Below are positions 50,501 through 61,100 of a DNA stretch of 64,000 nt, piece by piece; positions within the stretch are counted from its first letter, which is position 1; every line of letters begins with the position of its first letter. The DNA lies in the NCBI GenBank assembly GCA_002633005.1, contig NMRA01000248.1:62001-126000 (forward strand), written 5' to 3'. The translations under genes and the position numbers were made by a program. The notes beneath the pieces are model-generated. The model saw nothing but the letters and a program-made list of their open reading frames with translations, ran no database searches and was not told the DNA's origin. This stretch comes from Phoronis australis (taxonomy: Eukaryota > Animalia > Phoronida).

Positions 50501-52971
50501 GCTGTGTTGTTGTAGGCCTTCATCTGACCGCAAGACATCGTCTGCGACATCTCTTGCATGTTGTGGGTGAAGTTAAGGGCAGGTCCGCTAACCACAAGGA
50601 GAAAGGCGTAGATAATGAGAAGATTCCGACCATTACCTGGAAGCAAAGTCCTAATAAAGAATTGCGAATTTTATCATCGTGAGCAAATCCCATTTTGTAC
50701 TTAAAAGAAGTTATGACGTGATACCGATCCTAATCATACGCGGCAGCCATCTTGAAAGCCATCTTAAATTCCAAAAAAGACAAGTCAATGGCAAGTGGTC
50801 ACTCTGCAGTCTCATTTAAATCAGCAAAATAAGTTTCACAAAAACGTAAGAAATAAAGTCTTGCGACCCACAAAACTATTCTTCGAAAATAATCAAATTC
50901 AACTTGAGCAAAAATGCAGTCTCTGAAACTAAACACAGAGCTGTTAGTTACTGAGATAATTTCTGTAAATTATTTCTAGTTTTTGATACAAGCGCTCGTA
51001 GTTACTTGGATAAGCTTTATTCAACAACTCTGAAGTGGGATCGAAACATCTAATTTATTTCCGCAGTAGGTCTCATATCACAAATCCTGTGTGTATCTAT
51101 TATTATCCTGAGCAAAAACAAACACAACCACTACCAAAACGCTGACTTAGGAACCCAATTAAAATAAAGATGATGTAACTTACTTGAGAAAACGCTGGGA
51201 ACCATGAGTAGGACAATACACCGAAAGGACTCTGCTAAAGCCATAGCAATAGTTAACAACATGCCCAGAATTAATGACACCAATATCGCAGTTTTCCCCG
51301 TTGTGTCAGTTTTGTAGAAAATAGCTACAAATACTGCAAAGCAGAAAACCACGCCACCGAAGAATCCTGAAAAACAATGGTATGTTCTAAACACAATGCT
51401 GCTACACTAAAAGAATACTAAACCATGTATGGATAAGTTCAGTCAATCCTCGTCCTTTCTCCTGCTAATGCACCATAGGCGTCAATCTTGAAAGATAAAA
51501 GCAGGAATTAACTAAAAACTCATACTCATTATGTCACAGATTGATATTATGTTTCTTGGTGTATGGTCTTTTCCCACAGTTGCAAAAGTGTACATGTAGT
51601 TCACGCATACTTCTAAAGGAGCTTTCAAATTTTCCTCAAAACTTTGGAGGGTTATTGAGGGTAACAGAGCATTGTTTTACTTCAGGGAATTCGATGGAAA
51701 AGTCCCTTTTAATATCTGTTAATAGGCGCAAACCGGGTTTGGTATCCTTTTAAGGTTGTGTAAGATGTTATCGCCATGCCCATGCATTTAGCATAATGTC
51801 TACTAAACTATAGAAATTTACTACATGTATGTAAGGTTATATAACTCTGGTGACACCACAGTATTTATCCACTCCGTGTCGCGCAAGAATACTGGTGAAT
51901 TCATTTCCACTAAGTCCTATCGAGAGGTAAACTGTCGTATCTTCTCCAAATGGCGACGGAAGGTTGTGGGCCGAATACAATATACATGTATTGACCGGAA
52001 ACGCTATTACTCGACATTTTTCTGTTAACGGATGGGAGGGATACTGTGGAGAAGTGATTCTGTTAATCAAGTAACTTGTTACCCATCAAACTTTTGCAGA
52101 ATTCATTCTCTGGTGTACCATCCCGAATCATTTTCTGACAAAGAGTTCGTGGCTTTTTTTCAAAGCGAAAACGGTCGTACAAGCAGCACGGACAAAATAA
52201 TTCGCACACATTCTCCCTCATAAATTTGAATACCGTCTCGCATAACGTCGAGTACCTGAAAATAAACAAGACAAGTGAAGTGAAACACTCAGTTCGTGTT
52301 GCATTTGAAACCGCCGTTTTACAACGAATACAAAGCGATGGACATTTCGAGATATTATTCAAATTCATACCGTCTTCCAAAATTTAAGGCTTCCTTACAA
52401 GGCTGCTATTGCAGACGGTGTTGTTGTTGTGCATGAAATTGGAAACTTGCTTTATCTCAAGATCGCGTATGCGTGAACTTGGAATTGGACATTCAATTGG
52501 TCAATCAGGTGAATTTTTTGCCCAGTATAACGCATTTTGTAGTTATTGACCTCACGATCACCGATTTTCGCTGTTTGCGTAACAAATAAGTGTAAGTACA
52601 TTGTACAACACACCTACATGTATAGATTCAGTGGGGAGGAATTTGTCGGATAGTCTATCCGTATGCCTAATTGTTGCTCATGTGCCAGTCTGAACAGAAA
52701 GTTGTATCACTTTATGTGTTTGATGCCACAGGAGCTAGTCCGCTATGCTTATACATCTATCTGAATGTTTAACTGAATGTCAGCTGTTAATCAGCGCATT
52801 GCTCAGATACTCCATTTGATACATATGCAGGTCGGGCATTGAGCTAAAGGGGATACTGGTCAGTTTAAAAAAGCACCATTCGCTCACCAAGGTTCTTCTG
52901 GTGGAAGGCCCATCTGTTCACGTTTCATCTCCTTTTTGGCGGCCTTCATTTTCTTCATGGCCTTATAAGCT
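32544..52971 (-). CDS. DCST2: DC-STAMP domain-containing protein 2 (DCST2; SPE-42-like) with C-terminal RING-like Cys cluster
   Basis: Phase-consistent GT-AG exons in transcript order: 52971-52888, 52255-52083, 51366-51184 (FRCIVLLMVP), 50636-50466 (GRNLLIIYAFLLVVSGPALN..MSCG), 49518-49417, 49285-49165 (CNEKMGAPYRKCKNAFDEAQADC), 47617-47544, 45015-44950, 42805-42592, 42383-42226 (FDNVYIS..F..ID..VLPL), 41204-41040 (MDYGLYWLL), then 39769-39599 or 35790-35620 (CLPNPSIPDY), 37421-37181 or 34710-34470 (EAYGLRLRHQICACYYPYRERVRAVWLYN), 36623-36496 or 33912-33785 (CLSCG..C..EC), 33462-33363 (YCMDC..CSAC), 32871-32544 (acidic/Ser tail). Start codon or first exon is uncertain (MKKMK in 52971-52888, or further upstream). 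Confidence 0.9.
34715..35092. repeat. Compound trinucleotide microsatellite / low-complexity tract (AAT, GAT, ACT, AAC); duplicated at 37426-37747 plus 39001-39063
   Basis: Visible triplet runs; repeat number differs between the two copies. Confidence 0.9.
35986..36484. repeat. Tandem-repeat-bearing insertion (unit ~310 bp) truncated by an assembly gap; likely a transposon
   Basis: caagatggcggacaaaatgg..ataactc(a/g)agagtggaatg recurs at ~36112 and ~36422. The sequence is absent at the homologous point (39968) of the other copy. Confidence 0.55.
37748..39000 (-). mobile_element. Non-autonomous Helentron/HINE (DINE-1-like) rolling-circle element
   Basis: Absent from the homologous block (~35030) and inserted between A|A (TT on the - strand) with no obvious TSD. 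It has a 13-bp subterminal inverted repeat actctgcgcgtgc (37784) / gcacgcgcagagt (38987), a terminal hairpin tactctgcgc..gcgcagagta, a stem-loop ttattgtcac-ggc-gtgacaataa (37758-37780), ~430-bp tandem core repeats (38059/38491) and an (aagaat)n microsatellite at ~38915-38950. Confidence 0.8.
40614..40762. mobile_element. Third copy of the ~150-bp CWG-flanked MITE family
   Basis: Ends ggtagagttca / tgaactctacc; TSD cag. Shares aaatctagc..tcacgtg and tcctagcgttactgaac with the 5855/6100 copies. Confidence 0.65.
46688..46869. mobile_element. MITE-like element with ~34-bp imperfect TIRs
   Basis: cttaccgtagcaagattctatttccgttaccaac matches the reverse complement of gttagtaacggaaatagaataatatcacggtaag. 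Confidence 0.6.
48037..48648 (+). pseudogene. PEMT: Intronless phosphatidylethanolamine N-methyltransferase (PEMT/Opi3-like) copy, probable decaying retrocopy, nested antisense in a DCST2 intron
   Basis: The ORF has the PEMT motifs PIFWNVVARLEY, LVLSSF..L.ITGTYLGDYFGILM and FPFNVV.HPMY.G. It stops after YWVVR without the conserved EEPFT tail, and conserved Gly residues are replaced (LRTILVLSS, LKITGT). It lies in DCST2 intron 47618-49164. Confidence 0.75.
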
Positions 52972-53672
52972 CTGATAGAGTAAATAAAAGCCTGTATATA
53001 CTTCATGTTGGATATTGCCAACGACGAAACACAACCCAAAATTTAGCCACTTCTTTTCACTCAGATATATTCAAATAGAATTAATAGAACGAGGTGTAAA
53101 GTCGCGAGCAAGTTAAACATTTGCATTATTCAGCACGTGATTTTGATTGTTAGGTTTACGTATTTAGAGTTTTAGATTCAAAACCGCACATAACGAGCAT
53201 TTGTATTACCATGTGGTTCTTTCGCAGTCGGCCAGATCAGCATGTTTTCTTGAAAAGTTTGCTAGGATTCCCGTTCGGTGCTCTCATTGGATTAGGTAAG
53301 TACAAACAATGTGTAATCCCACAGTGACTTGATAACCACGGTAAGAAGAAAAATTGGTTTTATTATGATTGTTATGTTTATTCAAAACATCAATGCGTAC
53401 ATATTATGCTTGAATTTCAGAACCTTGTTATTCTGTCGCATGTCAGTTGAACGGCAAACGTGACTGTGAATACATAAATACCTAAAACCGTGTGACAGGG
53501 ATTTTAGAGCAGTGCAACCACATTACCTATATCTATTGAAAACAACTCATTTGCATAGGCCAACCTTTGTGAATAGGGCAGCCTAGGATTACACTGAGAC
53601 AGAGCTTGCGTTTGTCCCGGAGGTATACGGATGCTTGTTGTTTTCACTCTCCTCGTTTTCACGCACATTTTC

Positions 53673-54329
53673 ACAGAAGCACGAACTTTAAAATTAGCCC
53701 ATAAGTAAACAACGACGTATCTATCCAACGTTTCGGTTTATTCCGAAGGAAACAGTTCACAGACTCAAAACAGGCGACACAGGTAGAGAAGAGACTGTAC
53801 AGGTACATGTCAAAATGCATTGTGAGGGGGAGAGACCAGAAATCAAAATACTTCGAACTCAAATGAACCAATGTTTTTATTGAGGTAACGCTCAGCATGA
53901 TTCAACCGTATATGCATAGCCTCCTGTATGAGGAGCCTCAGGGTGGCATTATCCATGTCTAGGATCTGAACACCAGAGCGATCTATAATGTGACCAGTTG
54001 TCAAGGAATGATTGAGAACAACAATCTGTGTGTCTTTACAGTGTTCTTTGACTCTGATGCTAAGAATCCTGTTCGTCATTCCAATGTAAAGCTGTTCACA
54101 GTCACTACAGCTGAGTTGGTACACAACATGGCCTCAATAGAGCTCCAACTGTTTTGATTTCCCTCACAATGCATTTTGACGTGTACCTGTACAGTCTCTT
54201 CTGTACCTGTGTCGCCTATTTTGAGTCTGTTAACTGTTTTCTTGAGAATGGTTTAGAGTAATGAACCGAAACGTTGGATAGATATGTCGTTATTTACTTA
54301 CGCGCTTATTTTAAAATTCGTGCTTCTGT
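53673..54329 (-). mobile_element. 5'-truncated Penelope-like retroelement: GIY-YIG endonuclease remnant flanked by inverted pseudo-LTRs
   Basis: ORF 53843-54124 reads VYQLSCSDCEQLYIGMTNR.LS.RVKEH..H...GH..EA..I...LN, the PLE-type GIY-YIG pattern. 53673-53828 and 54161-54329 are inverted copies of each other. Confidence 0.85.
54241..54278 (+). ncRNA. Degenerate hammerhead-ribozyme-like motif in the Penelope pseudo-LTR
   Basis: cttgagaat-ggtt..aacc-gaaacgtt resembles CUGANGA-stemII-GAAAC, at the position expected for PLE hammerheads. The core is non-canonical. Confidence 0.35.
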
Positions 54330-55105
54330 TCTGGCCTAAATCAAACATTTTCACAGGTCATATTGGAACCGTCGACGGAGTTGCATAGGTGTGGAAATAG
54401 TCTGGATTTCAATATTTGAAACGTACCGGAATTAAAAAAAATCTCCAATCTTCACTTATCCACTCACTTCACAGTTTAATGTCTTCGGTCATGTCGATTG
54501 ATATTGAGAACGCAAAGAATCTCACATCATACATCCACAGACATTTGTCAAATTTACCCAACTTTCTCCGTCTGAGTTGCAGCCCACAACATACATGTAG
54601 TGTTGGTGCAAACCTATACTTGGACGTTACTGAGTCTTCATACAGCCAGCTGCCTGTCTACCCACAACAAGGCCGTAATTCTCCGTTGGCATTAAAATAA
54701 CGAAATGAGTAAAGCAACTTGTAAACAATACGACGACAACAAATAACATGTGGAACTTAAATGGTGGGAAAATGAGGGCGCAAAAGTACTTATGACGACC
54801 AGACGTAGAGGGCTGTGAGCCTGTGATAACGTTTAGCTCCCTTGTTAATTGCCAAGCAGAGTTTTTTGTCTTGTGCAACAGGCAGGCCAATTATCTACCA
54901 GGCTTATTGCAGACCACGTATGAACACAGTCAAACTCAAAGCGGCGAATTGGTACGTTCGGAAAGAATAAATTGTCGTAACTTTGGTTGTAGTTGGGCGA
55001 TTTTGGGGATTCAAAAACTAAACATGATCAGCATTTGACGAGAAACTCAGAAAAGCTATTGGTTTATATTCAAATATGTTATAACTTTACTTTTATTTTT
55101 AACAG

Positions 55106-58100
55106 TACAATCCAGTCAGGATACAATCTTATCGGAGATTAGAGAAATTATCGAACAAAAGAGAGCAGGCCCTCCAACCATCAATGCCAGAATGGAGGTA
55201 ATCAGTCGTGTAAGATATAGGCTACAGGGGCCATCTTCCCAACTTGTTGTTGGGCTATAGAATCGAACAAGTTGGGAGCAACGGGAAAACGCCGTAATGA
55301 AGTTGACGAACATTACGGCATAGTCGTTAAATGCAACGAGATTCGAATGTATTCCCAAACGGACATACAGAGTCCATGCAGCTGGGACCTTTCGACCAAT
55401 TTCAGTCGAAGGAGAACACCCGAAGAGCCGGTCAATACACATTGTCTTCACTTCCACGACTTCTCATTGCCTTTTCATCGTTAATGTACTCTAACAACAC
55501 AAAGTTTGCACAAATGTTACTTTCACGGTATTACCTATGCAGGTTTTTATTACGGCGTTCTGGCTCGACTGCAGTTCAGCCAGTTTACCCTGTATCTGCT
55601 GGGCGCCATCTTCATAACGCTCACCTCTTTCGGCTACGCCTTCTCAATTCACATCCGGTGCACCACCATGCTCATTCTTCCGCAGTTCTTCGGGAAGTCC
55701 GGTCGAACCTACATCAACACAGTAGCGATCGCATTTTTATTGGCTGGTACGTGGACTTTGTTATGTATCTATCAGAGACATTGAGAAACTTCAACCAATT
55801 CTATGCCATTAGCGGTACGAGAACTGACCAACTTTCACCACATGGGTATCACGAGAAAAAGCAAAAATATGGCAAAATGCATAACATTTTCCTTATGTGA
55901 AATTTACATGGTGTAATCGAGGTGAGACACCATCTTTCCAAAATTTGCTAAATATCTGGGCATGCATTGCCCTTCCAATATTTGGATATGTGACGAAATT
56001 TTAGGGTGTTGTGAAGGCCAGAATAGATGATAAGGAAATAGAGTTTAATGTATTAACGACTGAAACTGGCGGCGACCGTGGTAGTTGGGCAAACTAGTGA
56101 GCACTGGGGATGAAGAATTGGCTAATATCAACCGCTTTTCTAATTTACAGGACCAATCGCGAACATGCTTCGGAATGCCCACGAAGTATCGCGAGTGGTG
56201 TCCTGCACCATTGAACTTTATTCCAACCAAACGATAGAGAAGCTGAACCTTCTCTTCACTCCCATTGATAACATCGTTAAGGACATTCAGAAAGACTCGG
56301 AAATCGTAAAGAAGAAGACAAAGGAAACCCGCGAAGCGTTTGGACCCATTGAGTTCGAGGTAAATCAAGCGGTTTCACATTGATCTACTCATTTTCATCC
56401 GATTTTATTGCAAATTCACGACACTTGTCATATTTACTTGCTGCACGTAGGTCAAAGACCAGCGAGAGGTAGGGAAGTTACGGCGGGAGACAGAATATGA
56501 GGATCAAATCTACGGCAAGTCAAGTCGTTCGGATGACATCGAGCACCGTAATGACATCACAGGCGAGGAGTCGGACGCTGAGAAAGACGAAAAAATATAC
56601 AAGAAGAAACTAGACTATCGCTGTGAAGGTTGGTTTATAGGCTTGAGTTAAGTTATATATACAGTGTCACGGACTCAGTCGGTAAACCACATATGAGAAA
56701 AGGCTCATCATATTCAAAGTAAACGTCTAAATAGTTACTTTATGCACTCTTTTTCAAAACGCTCATCGGAAAAGTTTTCAAAATGTCCCATTTTTGCATG
56801 AAGGTTATAAACATTGGAATTGTCGTGTTTGATGACAGCGCAGCACAAAGGAAAAATGATGAAGATTTAGATAACAGTTCATTTTTCAAATTTTCTATCG
56901 AACGATATTTCATCCTGTTATTGAAACCATTGTTTTGCCATGGTGTACCTTTTTGCTAAATATTAACAAAACCACATAACACATCACCCAATAAATGGCA
57001 GATTAAAACAGTAAGCACGCGACCTGACGTTTTTGCGTCGCACCAGACGTGCTTGAAAAACGCAACTGTACTTATTGCACGGCTCACTGCTGGCAAGATA
57101 TGGCTACTCGTCATCATCGTCATCAATGGGTTCTCCTTGGTGAACGTTATTGAACCTACGCATTATCTGGTGGTTTCCTCAAGGCAGGTTGTGTGTCGTT
57201 CGCGTAACAGGCTATGAAGTCCATCTGGAGTCCCTCTATTTAACACATTTTACACGAGTGATATTATAATGCCCTTATCAATGTCAAATTAAACAATAGC
57301 ACCATGAGCATCTTCATGTTTAATATAGCTGAAGATTGCAACCATGTCACTGAATGCACCTAAATATGGCCTGCTCAAGCTGTCTGACTAAATGATGGCG
57401 TATATGTCTGCCTGAAAGTATATAATGGGTGATTGGTATGAAGCGAACAAATCAAATTCTACAAGGTTAGTGATGCAGACGTTTGCCTAACTTCACAGTT
57501 GTTGACACGGTCCCACATGACCTTAACTTGCTCTTGATTTTGAAGACGTGTTCAACGTTGGAGTCAAAGAATGTCGCAAAGCATTCAAAACTACAGAACA
57601 GAAGTGCATGGACGCGCTATGGATAGCCGGCTATTTACTATGTTTGCCATTTAAGTTGACGATCATATGTGAACTAGTCAGACGTAAGTAATAGAGCTTT
57701 ATCAAATGGGATAACATAACTTATCTTGAGCAGGTTAAATTCATTTAGTTCTAAAATGAAAAACATTCCCTCACAACTTAACTGTTTTGTAGCCTATGCC
57801 AACCGAACTCTTTCTATATATTTCCTTTCAAATGACATTCACCTAACCGTTTGGAATATACCTGATAGACTGCACAAGCGTAACATCTAAGTGAGCCCGC
57901 ACAGGCTATAGCAACAGATTCCTGTTATTGTTTGATAGTCATACGTTTTCGGGCAATGTTCTGGAGGACTTAGATTTAAAACTAGCACTTTGACCTTTTG
58001 GTTCTCGGCCCATTTTGCTTCTTCAAAACAAATTCTGGATGTTTTCGCACAAATGACAGATACATCCTACGGAAACAAAACTACCTTAAAAGGTAGAAAT

Positions 58101-61100
58101 AATGTTTGGGTATTATCAAGCAAGTTTGGCTTGTAACATGAATCAACTGAACCCGGAGAGACCAATTCCGCTTTCAGCGTCATGTTGTTTACACTTTCAC
58201 AACAGAAACTTGCACGAAGTTGAGATGAAAGAAAAAACAACCTTTATGAACATCGCCTAATAGACACTGTGAGAGCAAGTGCGTTCTTGCGATGATAATC
58301 TGAACCCATCGGAATACACGCCATCACGGGGATCCTTGCAAACAAAATGGCTGCAATGTTGTCAGACAAATCCCCAAGGAACAACAACGTCGGATCAGAG
58401 AAGCGTCAACTAATAGCATTCTATTTCTACAGATTTGCCGTCCTTGTTCGGAATGAAATGTGACTCCAGTGACGCTATCAATCCGGGATTTGGTGGATCA
58501 TTCGATAGCGCTAGCCAAGCGTCCAGACAATTTCAAAAAGAATTTGACGTTAATATGCAATACAAGGTAAAGCTGACGACATTTCTTCGAGGTTCTAATG
58601 TATGCTATAAGAAGATTGGAGCCCTTGTTCTTTGTGCTGTCTTTGGTCGTAGGCAATTTTCAATCCCACTCCTGGTCAATACAGCTTCAACCAGCCTCTC
58701 TTAGTGGCCACAGTTTGGACCAGTGTCCCCACCCTTTCTCGCAACCCGCTACCCAAGACCCCGGGTTCACCCCTGCCCTCGGTCGCCACCATCATTTTTG
58801 TTCAACGTAGTATGATTAGGTTATACCAGAAAGGGCACTTGTGACTGTGAAGCGGGGTTATGCGGGGTCTTAGAGTATAGCTTAATATAACATGTTTAAC
58901 AAACGTGAAGACTGTACATACATACATGTATACTCTTGTAGACGTGTAAACCCTACAACTATGTTAAGTATTGACTTGCTTTTGTAGCTGCTGTGTATCT
59001 TTATTGTTTGAACTTAAACCAGCACCCGTTTCCATGGCAACAAGCGTTCTTCTACCATACCCAGTCTCGAAGAATGATGCTGAAACTTAACAAGTTGCTA
59101 GGACAATAACAAAGGAGATGAATTGTATGGCTGACCCATCATCATTTTACATCGATCTAATCATGTGCGTTGTAAACCCATCTAGCTGAAGTCCTTTCTC
59201 ATTTTGTCTCACCATTTTCGTGAACTAGGCTAATATTTGCGTCTGCGTTCACAGCTCGAAAATGTTGACGAGACAGTGTACTACAAGACAGAAGTGGAAG
59301 TAAAAAAGGCAATAGAGTACGAATTTCAGAGCAGGAAAGTGTTCATCGACTTCCTTATGCTGACGCTAAAGAGAGTGTTGGCGTTTATGTTCTTACTAGT
59401 GATCTATAAGTAAGTCGCAGCTGGTTTTTAATATTTCTCTGAGTTCCTCTCAATACAGACAGTGTCACCAAATTGTCCTTGTTATCACCGACGGTATTAT
59501 CGGTTTCATCATCGGTCGCCATAGCCGTCGTCATGGTTATCGCATATGCTATCCAACTTTCCATAATCACTGTTTTAACTTCCTTCTTTATCAAGCGTCT
59601 ACAATACTAACTGCAAAAGTTCATATAACGTGAAAACCAACGCACATCGATTTTTGTTGTGCATGTACTAAGCAGTAGTAACGCAAAGCAGTGTTTCTTT
59701 GATTAGCTGCTGAAAGCCTCATGGCGAACTAAAAGACTCACGTGGTTTCTATGGCTAGCTGTTAATTTAACAGGGCTTACCAATACTGCTCCAAGTACTG
59801 TACAGACTTCTCGTTCGACAATATCTACATCACGTCGTACTTTAGAAAGATCGACGCTCGACGATTCAAAGCAGTAAGTTAGTACACGATACCAACTAAA
59901 TTATATATATTAGTTGATTCACATTTAAGTGACGTGCGAAGTAGTAGAAACAGAAACTCTAAACTTACAGCCCACAGCCGGACTAGAAATTGTCCACAAC
60001 ACGTCAGATTTTCCTAACGCTGTGCTTAAATTTTGTCGCAAAAAGCGTATTAATAACTTTTGCAAGGCAATCACTCATTTTTGTCACAGGGTAAAAGAAC
60101 ATTGCTGCCACTGAAGAAAATAGAAAAGAAAGAAATGATTACACCGACAAGTTTCAAACTGATGGGGCCAGAGAAGTCAAGACTGGTTCGTAAAAGAAGT
60201 TATGCGGGGGCAACAGTATTAAAAAGCAGGCATTTGAAACGATCTACGTGTAGTTCACTTTGGAAAAAATTAAATAACTAATACCAGAACGTTGTCACTC
60301 ATGAGACACCCCCAATTTTTATTTTACAGCATTTCATGCATTATGTTTTGAAGACTCTCAAACTAAACGTGGAATTACCGTTTTCCCAATATGAAGACTC
60401 CAGATCCTTAAACACTGCTTCTGATAAATCTGTGAGTAGATTAGCAAAAACGCGGCGCGATAACGTATGTTACACAAATACAATCACATTGTCAAACCTG
60501 GCAGTAAAATGCCACTTTTAATTCAGGCTGTCTTGTCGTCAGATGTTGGTATATCCAACCTGACCAGACACTGCAGAAATGATAAACCACAAACAATAAG
60601 AGCAAATGACACACAACCAACTGGTGACTTTCTTGACGTACATATTTGTGTGTCTATCAGTAACTCACCAATAGCACGAAACAGTTTAGCAGAAACAGCA
60701 AATGTTTCCACAAAATCAAAAAGCATCGATGGTCAATTAATTACTCAGTTTCTCCTTTCATTACGTCAACCACTGCGCAAGAAACGACTGAATACACCTT
60801 TCTGTCGATTTCAGGTGAAAGGATCGTTGATGCTAGTAGTGAATATTTTCACCAGCAGTGCAATAATCTTAGTGGACATATTCATTGTCGAGATACTGGA
60901 TATTATCAACAGAAAGAGCCACATCGAGTTTCATCAAAAAGGTCAGTCAACAATTTTGTTTCCAACACGATCAAAATGCGTACTACAGGTTAGGTGACAC
61001 GTTTCACACTTTCTGAAACACATGTTAGTGTCAGTACACACACACACTCGTGTTGCAGTTAGTCACGCTGAGTGTCACCATGTCTCAGCCTTTGACGCAA

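Noticed and set aside
60467-60997. 176-aa ORF, and the 189-aa ORF at 55331-55900
   Set aside because: Only 60815-60941 is a DCST1 exon and the rest is intron read-through. The 55331 ORF overlaps the real exon in another frame.
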